Of a stretch of DNA of 64,000 bases, positions 40,322-49,743 are shown in pieces. The first letter of the stretch is position 1. Every line of letters begins with the position of its first letter. Source of the stretch: an uncultured Aliarcobacter sp. (GTDB lineage Bacteria > Campylobacterota > Campylobacteria > Campylobacterales > Arcobacteraceae); assembly GCA_963664305.2 (NCBI GenBank), contig CAXXLV010000002.1:640001-704000 (forward strand), in the 5' to 3' direction. Both the position numbers and the translations under genes were made by a program. Under the pieces are notes generated by a model. The model ran no database searches, had not been told where the DNA came from, and was given only the letters and a program-made list of their open reading frames with translations.

Positions 40322-41020
40322 ATGAATGGAAAAAATATTTTATTAACTACTATAACATTGATTTCACTTGCATCTCAATCACTTAACGCTCAAGGCTTAA
40401 CACAAAAAGAAAAAAGTATAAATCTTTTAGAAAAAGCTTTCTCAACAAAACAAGATAGAAGTGTTTTAAGCTATATAAATGATAAAAAATATATTCAACA
40501 CAATCTTTATGCCAAAGATGGTATTGATGGATTAAAAGGATATTTAGATTATTTAAATGGAAAAGAGTTAAAAAATGATGTTGTTATAGCTTTTGAAGAT
40601 AACAATTATGTAGTTACTTTATCTTCAACTTCTCAAGAAAAACAACTTTCAAAGGTTATTGATATTTTTAGATTTGAAAAAGGTTTGATTGTTGAACATT
40701 GGGATAATGTTCAAGAACTAGCAAAAGATGAAAAATTACATGCAGTTGAAGTTATAGATATCGATAAAACTCAAAAAAATAAACAGTTAATAAAAGAAAT
40801 AATTAACGAAAAAGTTTTTGCTGGTAAATACCTAAAAAATCATATGATTTTAGCTCAAGGAAATCTTGTACTTTCAGTAAGCGAAGTAATAAAAGAGGAT
40901 CAAAAAATTTCATTATATGAGCTTTTTGATATAAAAAATTCTAAAATCATAAATCATTGGACGATTGAAGAATTTATTCCTTCAATTAATGAATGGCAAA
41001 ACTCTAATGGCAAATTTTAA
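40322..41020 (+). CDS. Exported NTF2/SnoaL-like protein (two repeats)
   Basis: Signal peptide; YIQHN, DIFRF...IVEHWD; second repeat IINHW. Confidence 0.82.
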   Translation: MNGKNILLTTITLISLASQSLNAQGLTQKEKSINLLEKAFSTKQDRSVLSYINDKKYIQHNLYAKDGIDGLKGYLDYLNGKELKNDVVIAFEDNNYVVTLSSTSQEKQLSKVIDIFRFEKGLIVEHWDNVQELAKDEKLHAVEVIDIDKTQKNKQLIKEIINEKVFAGKYLKNHMILAQGNLVLSVSEVIKEDQKISLYELFDIKNSKIINHWTIEEFIPSINEWQNSNGKF

Positions 41021-41041
41021 AGATGGTTCTCCATCTTTAAA
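41016..41041. terminator. Bidirectional terminator-like hairpin
   Basis: TTTAAAGATGG-ttct-CCATCTTTAAA. Confidence 0.75.
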
Positions 41042-41050
41042 TAATATTTT

Positions 41051-41779
41051 TTAGATTAACTTATACTCTATTGGAATTTGAATTTCTATAGTTTTATTTG
41101 TTTTAGGAAAATTTCTTGAAGCCTCTTCAATAGCTTCAATTGTTGCATTTTGTAAAAATTTATGACCATCAACTATAATAATATTTTCAACTGTACCACT
41201 TTCATTGATTTTAAATCTTACAGTTACAACTCCTTGAATAGATAATTTTCTAGCTTTCAAAGGGTATTTTACATTCTGATTTATCAAATCTCTAATAAGT
41301 GCTAAATGTTTTTCTAAATACTCTTTTTTTTCATCAATTACTGGTTTTGTAGCTAGTAATTCTTTTGTTTCTTTTTGTATATCATTATTTACTATATTTT
41401 CTTTTACAATTTCTTCTTTTGTAGGATTTTTTTGTTCTTTGCTTTCCTCTTTTTTAACTACTTTTTCTTTTTCTATTTTTTTCTCTTTTGGCTTTTCTTG
41501 AACCTTTTTCTTTTCTTCTTTTTTAACTACTTTTTCTATTGGTTCTGGTTTAATTTCTTCTTTAATTTGCTCTTTTTCTTCTTCTTGTATAATATTTTCT
41601 TCTTTTATTTGATTAACAACTGGCTCAGGTTTTAACTCAATATGATTTAAAGATATTTTTTGAACTACTTTAGAATCTTTTGTAATCATCTTTTTATCTA
41701 TAAAAAAATAGAAAATTCCAAAAGCAAAAGAACTATAAAAAACTAATGCAATAATAAAAGAATTAAAATATCTTTTCAT
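41051..41779 (-). CDS. tonB: Energy transducer TonB
   Basis: N-terminal TM, K/E-rich linker, YPLKARKLSIQGVV. Confidence 0.9.
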   Translation of the reverse strand: MKRYFNSFIIALVFYSSFAFGIFYFFIDKKMITKDSKVVQKISLNHIELKPEPVVNQIKEENIIQEEEKEQIKEEIKPEPIEKVVKKEEKKKVQEKPKEKKIEKEKVVKKEESKEQKNPTKEEIVKENIVNNDIQKETKELLATKPVIDEKKEYLEKHLALIRDLINQNVKYPLKARKLSIQGVVTVRFKINESGTVENIIIVDGHKFLQNATIEAIEEASRNFPKTNKTIEIQIPIEYKLI

Positions 41780-42153
41780 TTTTTAGTCACAATTGAAATA
41801 TTTGAATATTCGTTTCTTTTTAACATATCTAAAACCGATACAAAGATTTCAAATTTTGAATTTTTATCACTATTTATATGAATTGCAGTATCTTTAGAAA
41901 ATTGTAAAATATGTTCTTCTATATTCTTTAAACCCTCTATATTATTATTACAAAATAGAGTTCCATCATCTTTTATTACTATAATTATCTCTTTGTTTAC
42001 TTTTAAATTTTCAGCATTTGATGCTTTGGGAAGAGATATAGGAATTATTCCTTTTGTAATAAAAGTTGATGTCATTAAAACAATAGTTAATAACACAAGT
42101 AATACATCAATAAATGGTATTACATTTATTGAATCATATTTCTTCAGTTTCAT
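41776..42153 (-). CDS. exbD: ExbD
   Basis: INVIPFIDVLLVLL; likely start ATG 42153. Confidence 0.92.
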   Translation of the reverse strand: MKLKKYDSINVIPFIDVLLVLLTIVLMTSTFITKGIIPISLPKASNAENLKVNKEIIIVIKDDGTLFCNNNIEGLKNIEEHILQFSKDTAIHINSDKNSKFEIFVSVLDMLKRNEYSNISIVTKK

Positions 42154-42559
42154 AATGACTTTCCAAAACTTCTGCATAACGTCCTAAGATGTTGTAAAAA
42201 ATCTGAGAACTAATAGCAACTACAAGTCCAATAGCAGTTGCTTTTAAAGCAAGTGCTAATGAACTCATAATTTTTGAAGCATCAATGTCACCATTTCCCA
42301 TAGTGAAAAATGTAAGCATTATTGCTAAAACCGTTCCTAATAATCCAATATAAGGTGAATTTGAAGCTATTGTTCCTATGATTGTTAGATGTTTCGTCAA
42401 AGCAATATCTAAAGCCTTTTTATTTTTAAAACTTTTTACATCTAACTTTTTATAAAAAATAATTCTTTCAACAAAAAACCAAAACGAAATAAAACTCATA
42501 AAAAGTAAAAGAGCAATAACTCCATAATCTATAAGATTTTTTAGAACTTCAATATTCAT
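42134..42559 (-). CDS. exbB: ExbB
   Basis: SNSPYIGLLGTV and ALKATAIGL. Confidence 0.92.
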   Translation of the reverse strand: MNIEVLKNLIDYGVIALLLFMSFISFWFFVERIIFYKKLDVKSFKNKKALDIALTKHLTIIGTIASNSPYIGLLGTVLAIMLTFFTMGNGDIDASKIMSSLALALKATAIGLVVAISSQIFYNILGRYAEVLESHYETEEI

Positions 42560-43986
42560 TTATTCTCCATGCTCATTTGATGGTTTTTATGATTATGTCC
42601 CATATTTGCACCATAAGTTTTAAATACATAACCCGTATAAAAATTTAGACTCATATAAAAAATTATAAGTGCAGATGCAAAAGGAAAAGCAATTACTTTT
42701 AAAATAGTTTTGCTCTCTATTAGTTTAAATCTTGCTATCATCAACACAAAAGCCCAAATATAACCAATATGATTAAAAACTTTAAAAATATGAACCCATT
42801 CATCTTTTCTACTTGCAAGTGGTTGCATAGTTTCAAATCCTAAATAAAAAGCTTGATTAAATCCATTTACAATATTTGAAGCATAAGAATAAAAGAAAAA
42901 TTCTCCAATATGTGATAATCCACCTATTATAAATAGTGGAGCAAAAGCATATCCTAAAGTGTAAAATGTAGTTTGGAAATTAACTTTTAAAATCTTTGAA
43001 GCTATAAACATTCCACCAACACTTAAAACTATTGAAATTAACACTGCATATAAAAATGCAAAAAGTCCAATAACATCAATAGTGCCAAAATTTATAAATA
43101 CTTCAAAATATCTTGCTGTTTTAGTCCAAAAAAACTCTTCAACTATTGCACTTCTTCCTAAAGCATGATGGAATCCCATAGTTATACTAATAGCTGCTGT
43201 TATAAAAATCAAAGCCCAAACTTCTGCTTTAGAAGTTTTAAACTTATCAAACATAGTGCTTGAAGGTTTTTTTAATTTAAAAGCCACACTTTCACAAGCA
43301 CTGCTACAATCCATACATAAAGTACAATCTTCCATAGAATTTTTCTTTGCAAAAGTAAATGGTTTTAAGTTATAACTACAAGCAGTTGCACAATCAAATG
43401 TTTTACAAGATGAACAGTGTTCTTTGTAAGTTTCAAGTTTTGTAAATCCTACTTTTGAAAAAGCTTTTGTCATAGTTCCAATAGGACAAATATATTTACA
43501 ATATGCCATTTCATCATAAATATAATAAAAAACTACAGCAACTAAAGTCATAATAAAAAATAAAAGTGCTGTTGCATAAGGTGTTTTAAAAAACTCAGGA
43601 TACATATAGTATGTAGCCCACCAACCAATAAAAAGTAAAAAAACTCCAATAAAAGGATTTGCTAAACTTTGAGGAATTTTTCTTTTTAATCCAAATTTAG
43701 TGATATATTTTCCTATAAATCCATGAGGACAAACTCCACAAAAAATTCTTCCAAATGTTGATAGTGTTGTAACCATAAAAAATGGCCAAAACAATCCCCA
43801 AAAAAGTCCAGTAGTAAACAGATTTTCCTCTTTTGTTGGATTAATAAATCCCATATAAATTGCATACACAAATAAAAATAAAACTAAAATCTGAACCGTT
43901 CTTTGAAAAACTCTATTTTTAAAAATGATATTTAAAATAGGCATTCCAAAAATATCATTTTTATCTCTTTTTACAAAATTTACCAT
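42556..43986 (-). CDS. Polytopic membrane 4Fe-4S protein (NapH/NosR/CcoG-like)
   Basis: GRIFCGVCP, YCKYICP, CSSC..CATAC, CTLCMDCSSAC; His/Met-rich tail. Confidence 0.85.
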   Translation of the reverse strand: MVNFVKRDKNDIFGMPILNIIFKNRVFQRTVQILVLFLFVYAIYMGFINPTKEENLFTTGLFWGLFWPFFMVTTLSTFGRIFCGVCPHGFIGKYITKFGLKRKIPQSLANPFIGVFLLFIGWWATYYMYPEFFKTPYATALLFFIMTLVAVVFYYIYDEMAYCKYICPIGTMTKAFSKVGFTKLETYKEHCSSCKTFDCATACSYNLKPFTFAKKNSMEDCTLCMDCSSACESVAFKLKKPSSTMFDKFKTSKAEVWALIFITAAISITMGFHHALGRSAIVEEFFWTKTARYFEVFINFGTIDVIGLFAFLYAVLISIVLSVGGMFIASKILKVNFQTTFYTLGYAFAPLFIIGGLSHIGEFFFYSYASNIVNGFNQAFYLGFETMQPLASRKDEWVHIFKVFNHIGYIWAFVLMIARFKLIESKTILKVIAFPFASALIIFYMSLNFYTGYVFKTYGANMGHNHKNHQMSMENK

Positions 43987-43995
43987 AATTATTTC

Positions 43996-46104
43996 CTAAA
44001 ATTTGTATGTATATGTAAGCATTGTCATTCTAGGACTTGCAGCTTTATATGACTCAATTCCATAAACATCTTTTGAAGCTTCTGAAGCATAATATTTATC
44101 AAATAAGTTATTGATATTTAGCTGAATATTGTGATTACTTTTTTCATACCCAATCATAAAATCTGTAATTAAATCATAACCTTCATATTTTTGAGTGTTT
44201 GCATTATCCATATAATAACTTCCATAAGTTCTTGCAGTTACTCTTGTTTTAAAGCCATTTGCTAGATTATAAGCTGCAAATAGTGAGTATTGATTTTTTG
44301 GAATAAATGGCATATAGTTTCCATCTCTCGAAACTAAACTTCCTCTAACTGATTCATTAAAAGTATCAAATTTAAAATTACTATAAGCATAAGCTCCACC
44401 TACTTGAATAGAAGAAGTTAAATCATAAGCTAGGTTATACTCTAAACCTTTTTTATCAGTTTTTCCTGCGTTATCATAAATAGAATTTCCATTTGCATCT
44501 TTAATTTGAATAATCTCATCATCTACAAAATTTTGGAAAAGTGCTAAATCAGAAGAATAATCATCTGTTCTAGTTTTTAAACCAACTTCATAGTTTATAC
44601 TTTGCGATTTTTCTAAATCTTCATTTTCTCCCAATTCACTTGTTGTTGGTGCTTGATTTGCACCTGCAATTGAAGCATAAATATTTGTATTATCTGTGAT
44701 TGCATAAGTTGAACCTACTTTTCCTGATAATAGTGTAAATGAATTATCAATAGCATACTCACCAATACCTGCTTTATAACTTTTTGTTGAATAATCATAA
44801 GTAGTAATTTCATTTCCATCTATATCAAATTTTAATTTATCAATTCTTGCACTAATATCAAAACCTAATTTATCAGTAGCTTTAAAACTTTCCATCAAAT
44901 ATGTTCCATAAAGCAAAGTTTGAGAATCTTCAGTTCCAGCTAATGCACCTTTTTCATTTGATAAAGTTTTTACTATTTGAGTTACACTTGAAGGTGGCCA
45001 ACCAGATGTTACAGTTTGAGTTTGAATATCTCTGTATTGATATTTTTTAGCATCATTTGTTTTATCCATTTTCAAAGTTATACCAGCAACAAACATTGCA
45101 TCTTTTGAAAATAGTTTATGTGCTGCATTAAACTCTAAATCTGTACCAAATACTTTGTTATCATCACTATCATTTATAAGTCCAGTTACAGGGTGATAAT
45201 GTTCCCATGAGTTAAAATAAAATCTTGGTTTGTATGTAATATTTCCTACTTCTTTTTCATATTTACTATTTACAGAAAATATTTTTGAATCCCTTGCACT
45301 ATTTTGCCATTGATTTGAAGTATCATGTTGTTTCCCTGTTTGTTTAAAAACTTCAAACTCTTCTCTTGTCATTGAAGCTGGAAGATTTAAATTTGATTCT
45401 GTATATGAAAGTTCATTTTCAATAGTTGATTCATCATCAAAAATATGACCATATTTTAAAGTGGCTTGTGTAGTATCAAACTCATTATTATCTCTCCATG
45501 AGTTATCGATTTTTCTTGAACTAAATGTAAATGAAGCAAAATCATTTTCATCAATTGCTCCTCTTAATTTAAGATTTACATTTCTTTGATTATCATTTCC
45601 AGCACCAACTTTGAAACTATTTTTATCTTCATCAAAAACAGATTTTGTGATTAATTGAATAACTCCACCTGTTGAATTAACAGCATTTATTGAACCTGGT
45701 CCTTTTTGAACTTCAATACTTGAAACATCTTGCATATCAATAAAATCAAATCTAGTAAATGAATCTGGGTCGGTCATAGGAACTCCATCTTTCATAACCA
45801 TAATTTCTCTTACACCATATCTAGCTTTTAATCCAGCACCTCTAATAATCAATCTTGGACTTGGAGAATTTGATGAAGATTCAGCAATTACACCTGGAAT
45901 ATTTTGTAGAGCATCTTGAATATTTAAGATATTTTTATCTTCGATAGTTTTTTCATCTACAACAGCAATACTTTCACTTATCTCTTTTGTGGCTTTTTCT
46001 ACTTTTGTAGCAGTAACAGACATCTGTTCTAAGTTTATTGTTTCAGCAGATAAAAGATTTGCATTTAATGCAATTAGGGCAAATATCGAGTATTTTAGTC
46101 TCAT
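43996..46104 (-). CDS. TonB-dependent receptor
   Basis: Signal peptide, VTATK, plug IRG and IEVQKGP, NLFDKYY, C-terminal YKF. Confidence 0.92.
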   Translation of the reverse strand: MRLKYSIFALIALNANLLSAETINLEQMSVTATKVEKATKEISESIAVVDEKTIEDKNILNIQDALQNIPGVIAESSSNSPSPRLIIRGAGLKARYGVREIMVMKDGVPMTDPDSFTRFDFIDMQDVSSIEVQKGPGSINAVNSTGGVIQLITKSVFDEDKNSFKVGAGNDNQRNVNLKLRGAIDENDFASFTFSSRKIDNSWRDNNEFDTTQATLKYGHIFDDESTIENELSYTESNLNLPASMTREEFEVFKQTGKQHDTSNQWQNSARDSKIFSVNSKYEKEVGNITYKPRFYFNSWEHYHPVTGLINDSDDNKVFGTDLEFNAAHKLFSKDAMFVAGITLKMDKTNDAKKYQYRDIQTQTVTSGWPPSSVTQIVKTLSNEKGALAGTEDSQTLLYGTYLMESFKATDKLGFDISARIDKLKFDIDGNEITTYDYSTKSYKAGIGEYAIDNSFTLLSGKVGSTYAITDNTNIYASIAGANQAPTTSELGENEDLEKSQSINYEVGLKTRTDDYSSDLALFQNFVDDEIIQIKDANGNSIYDNAGKTDKKGLEYNLAYDLTSSIQVGGAYAYSNFKFDTFNESVRGSLVSRDGNYMPFIPKNQYSLFAAYNLANGFKTRVTARTYGSYYMDNANTQKYEGYDLITDFMIGYEKSNHNIQLNINNLFDKYYASEASKDVYGIESYKAASPRMTMLTYTYKF

Positions 46105-46145
46105 TTCGTTCCTTCAAATAAGTTTTTGAAATGATAGAACTACTC

Positions 46146-46173
46146 TGTTAACTTTTTGTTAATTTTTTGTTAG
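46146..46173 (-). promoter_or_regulatory. 11-bp-period direct repeats upstream of the TonB receptor promoter
   Basis: TGTTAA at 46146 and 46157, TGTTAG at 46168; -10-like TATCAT on the minus strand just downstream. Confidence 0.5.
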
Positions 46174-46192
46174 ATTTGTAATTAGAAAGAAA

Positions 46193-46219
46193 GTTATCCC
46201 AAGAAAATTCTTGAGATAA
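46193..46219 (-). terminator. Terminator of the peroxiredoxin gene
   Basis: TTATCTCAAGAA/TTCTTGGGATAA stem followed by a pyrimidine tract on the minus strand. Confidence 0.65.
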
Positions 46220-46227
46220 ACTAAAAA

Positions 46228-46932
46228 TTAAGACATTATTTCTTCAATAGTGATATAATCTCCAACTCTTCCTGTCATTTGTTCAACATCTGTATTAACT
46301 GGAAGTGTTTTTTTACCAGGAACCCAACCAGCTGGGCAAACTTCACCAGTTTTACTTGCATGTTGCCAAGCTCTTACTTGTCTTAAAAATTCATGAACAT
46401 TTCTTCCAACCATTGGAGCTTGAACTTCTTGAGCTACAACAGTTCCTTCTGGATTAATTAAAAATCTTCCTCTAAGTGCTAATCCTTCTTCTTCAATCAT
46501 AACTCCAAATGCTCTACTTACAGCACCTGTTGTATCTGCACCAATAGTTAATTTTAATCCTTTTAATAAAGGTTCAGTTTCAACAAATCTTTTATGAGAA
46601 AATTTAGTATCTGTTGATACAGCTAAAATTTCAACACCAAGTTCTTGGAACTCATCATATTTTGCATTCATTGCTGCAATTTCTGTTGGACAAACAAATG
46701 TAAAATCTGCTGGATAGAAACAAACTACATGCCATTTACCTTTATAATCTTCACTACTTACAGTTACATAGTGACCTGTTTTTGAATCATAGGCATCCAT
46801 TTTGAACTCTGGAACTTTTCTTAAAACTAAACTTGAACTCATATTTTTTTCCTTTTTTATTTCATTATTATTTTCATTATCTAAAACTATTTCTTTTTCT
46901 TCAATTGGTTTTGCACCTGTATCACAAGCCAT
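46228..46932 (-). CDS. 2-Cys peroxiredoxin (AhpC/PrxU-like) with N-terminal extension
   Basis: FYPADFTFVCPTE and GEVCPAGW motifs. Confidence 0.92.
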   Translation of the reverse strand: MACDTGAKPIEEKEIVLDNENNNEIKKEKNMSSSLVLRKVPEFKMDAYDSKTGHYVTVSSEDYKGKWHVVCFYPADFTFVCPTEIAAMNAKYDEFQELGVEILAVSTDTKFSHKRFVETEPLLKGLKLTIGADTTGAVSRAFGVMIEEEGLALRGRFLINPEGTVVAQEVQAPMVGRNVHEFLRQVRAWQHASKTGEVCPAGWVPGKKTLPVNTDVEQMTGRVGDYITIEEIMS

Positions 46933-47045
46933 AAAAACTCCTTTATTTTACAAAAGATAATATTTTTCCTTTGATAAAAAGAATTCTATATCTTTATTTA
47001 TTAAACTTAACTTAAATATAAAATAAATTTATAAATTTATCATAA

Positions 47046-47891
47046 TTAAAACTTATAATTTAATCCAAATGTAAAAAATTTAGAACTAACATCATCTCTA
47101 TTTTCAGGTAATTCTTTTGAATTAGAATAGATATATTTAGTTATTACATCTATATTTTGAAATTTTTTTCCTAAACTTACTAAATAAGTTTTATTTTGTT
47201 CTAAAGCATGATGTTCTACTTTTAAACCATCTTCTTGAACTGAGAATAATCTATCACCATTTATCACTCCTAAACCTAAAATAAAGCCATTATAATTTGC
47301 ATTAAGATTTAAAAAATAGCTCATATAATAATTATCTTCTAAAATATAATTTTGATATTTTTCTCCATTTATATCTATATATTTTATTCCTGTTTGAGCT
47401 TGAAAATTAATATTCTCAAATCTAAATTTTTTTATAAATGTAAAATCATATTGATTAACATTAAAATCTTCATAATCACTTAAATAAGTGTCTAATTTTA
47501 TTTGATTACTACTATCTATATTTTTATTAAATCCAAATCCATAAACTTTTCCATTATCTGTTGGAGCTAAATTATCTTCAATATTTATAAAAGAGGTTTT
47601 TATAGATAAGTCATTACTTATATGATAAAGATATTTCATACTTAACTTTTCAATTTCAAGAGAAGTCATTTTTATTTTTGTTAGTTCATTTTCTCTTTTT
47701 GTTAAACTATCTTCATAATTTATAGTTAATTCAGAATTTTGAAAATTATGTAAAAACCTATAATCTAAAGTTTTTCCTTCTGTTTTTGTTTTAGAATTGT
47801 CATAATCTTTGTATGTATAATAAGTAGATATCTCACTATTTGCTAATAAATAAGAACTTAAAAGTGCTGTTGTCACTAATATTTTTTTCAT
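47046..47891 (-). CDS. Putative outer-membrane beta-barrel protein
   Basis: Signal peptide, aromatic-rich alternating strands, C-terminal FGLNYKF. Confidence 0.7.
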   Translation of the reverse strand: MKKILVTTALLSSYLLANSEISTYYTYKDYDNSKTKTEGKTLDYRFLHNFQNSELTINYEDSLTKRENELTKIKMTSLEIEKLSMKYLYHISNDLSIKTSFINIEDNLAPTDNGKVYGFGFNKNIDSSNQIKLDTYLSDYEDFNVNQYDFTFIKKFRFENINFQAQTGIKYIDINGEKYQNYILEDNYYMSYFLNLNANYNGFILGLGVINGDRLFSVQEDGLKVEHHALEQNKTYLVSLGKKFQNIDVITKYIYSNSKELPENRDDVSSKFFTFGLNYKF

Positions 47892-47931
47892 TATTTTCCT
47901 TTAAAATTTTTTTGAATTCTAACAAAAAATA

Positions 47932-47958
47932 CTTATATGCAACTTAGTTGCATATAAG
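47932..47958. promoter_or_regulatory. 27-bp palindrome between divergent genes (probable operator)
   Basis: CTTATATGCAACT-T-AGTTGCATATAAG, perfect 13-bp arms. Confidence 0.65.
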
Positions 47959-48033
47959 CTAATATAATAATTTATTCATAAGTTTTTAATATAATTTAAT
48001 GTACTATAAAGAAAAAAATTTAAGGATTTATAT

Positions 48034-49194
48034 ATGAATTTAAGAGAAAAATTCTCACCAATGTGCTTTTTATCCTCTCTTGGAGCAGGAGGATTAAGTG
48101 TTTCATTTTTTATGTATTTAATGTTTTTAGTTCCCCATCCAAATACACCAATGGCAACTTATGATTTTATTATGCCAGCTTTATTAAAAGGGGATTGGTT
48201 ATCTTTTGTAATCTCTTTTTCTTTAGTATTTATTATTGCCTTTGCTTTTTTACATTTTAAATTATTAGTTTGGAATACAAAACAATATTTTATGTATAAA
48301 AAAACTAAAGCTTATGAAGATTTAAAAAACTCAAATGCACAAATTACCCTTATGACTCTACCTTTGACATATACAATGACAATAAATGTATGTTTTGTTT
48401 TAGGAGCAGTTTTTATTCCTGGTCTTTGGGGAGTTGTTGAATATTTGTTTCCTTTTGCTTTAATTGGTTTTATAACAACTGGTTATTTTTCTTTGAAAAT
48501 ATTTTTTGAATATTTTTCAAGACTTCTAATCAAAGGGGATTTTGATTTCTCTAAAAACAATAATTTATCTCAAATGATTTCTATATTTGCACTTTCAATG
48601 GTTGCAGTTGGATTTGCAGCACCAGGAGCTATGAGTCATAATTTAATTATAAACTCAATTGGTATTTTTGGAGCTTTATTTTTTGCTTCCCTTGCTATTT
48701 TATTAATGTTAATAAAACTTACAATTGGTTTTAAAAATATGTTTGAAAAAGGTTTAGGATTAGAAGCAGCTCCATCTATTTGGATTATTATTCCAATATT
48801 AACTCTACTTGGAATTACTTTTGTGAGAATATCTTTTGGTTTAGAACACAACTATTCAACACCATTAAATAAATCATCACTTTTTGTATTTACATCAACA
48901 ATTTTATCTTTACAAATCATATTTGGTGTTTTAGGATATATGGTTATGAAACAAATGGGTTACTTTGAAAAATATATAGAATCAACTGAAAAATCAGCTG
49001 TTTCATTTGCTTTGATTTGTCCAGGAGTTGCTTTTTTTGTTTTTGGTATGTTTTTTATAAATTTTGGATTGGCATATAATCAAATCATTTCAAAATATTC
49101 AATTGCATATTTTATTTTGATGATTCCTTTTATTTATATTCAAATAAAAACTATTATCTATTTTTTCAAACTTTATAAAAAGTTTTCTTTTTAA
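48034..49194 (+). CDS. Polytopic membrane protein, TsoY-like (Cys form)
   Basis: FLSSLGAGG, MTINV, NNNLSQM and ALICPGVA motifs recalled from the TsoY (seleno)protein family; about 10 TM. Confidence 0.65.
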   Translation: MNLREKFSPMCFLSSLGAGGLSVSFFMYLMFLVPHPNTPMATYDFIMPALLKGDWLSFVISFSLVFIIAFAFLHFKLLVWNTKQYFMYKKTKAYEDLKNSNAQITLMTLPLTYTMTINVCFVLGAVFIPGLWGVVEYLFPFALIGFITTGYFSLKIFFEYFSRLLIKGDFDFSKNNNLSQMISIFALSMVAVGFAAPGAMSHNLIINSIGIFGALFFASLAILLMLIKLTIGFKNMFEKGLGLEAAPSIWIIIPILTLLGITFVRISFGLEHNYSTPLNKSSLFVFTSTILSLQIIFGVLGYMVMKQMGYFEKYIESTEKSAVSFALICPGVAFFVFGMFFINFGLAYNQIISKYSIAYFILMIPFIYIQIKTIIYFFKLYKKFSF

Positions 49195-49289
49195 AATAGA
49201 TAATTTTTATCTTATTATAAGTTAAAACTATCTAAAATTGATAAGTTTTAATTATAATATTAAAACAATTTTATATAAGGATTTATAAT

Positions 49290-49718
49290 ATGAAAAAAGG
49301 TTTATTAGTTTTATTATCTTCTTTACTTTTATCAACAGCGAGTTTTGCAAGTGATAATATGGCAAAAGGTTTAAATGTTGTTATAACATCACAAGATGCT
49401 CAAACACAAATGATGGGAATGGTTTTATCAATGATGACTTTAAAACAAAATAAAGAAGTTAATATGACTCTTTGTTCAAATGCAGGTGATTTAGCTGTAA
49501 AAGGAATGGAAAGTCCTATTTTAAAACCTCAAGATAAATCACCTAAAATGATGCTTCAAGCATTGATTAAACAAGGTGCTAAAGTTCAGGTTTGTCCTCT
49601 TTATTTACCAAATGCTTCTAAAGATGAATCTGTTTTATTAGAAGGAATTACAGTAGCAAAACCAGATGAAGTTGCTAAAAAATTATTAGATAAAGATTAT
49701 CAAAACTTAAGCTACTAA
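49290..49718 (+). CDS. Exported DsrE-family protein
   Basis: Signal peptide; LCSNAGDLA and GAKVQVCPLYLPN. Confidence 0.75.
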   Translation: MKKGLLVLLSSLLLSTASFASDNMAKGLNVVITSQDAQTQMMGMVLSMMTLKQNKEVNMTLCSNAGDLAVKGMESPILKPQDKSPKMMLQALIKQGAKVQVCPLYLPNASKDESVLLEGITVAKPDEVAKKLLDKDYQNLSY

Positions 49719-49724
49719 AAAATA

Positions 49725-49743
49725 GAGTGAGTAAAACTCACTC
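49725..49743. terminator. Hairpin between convergent genes
   Basis: GAGTGAGT-aaa-ACTCACTC. Confidence 0.65.

Noticed and set aside
46685..46700. Selenocysteine recoding in the peroxiredoxin (and in the TsoY-like gene)
   Set aside because: The relevant codons are TGT and both ORFs are uninterrupted, so these are Cys forms
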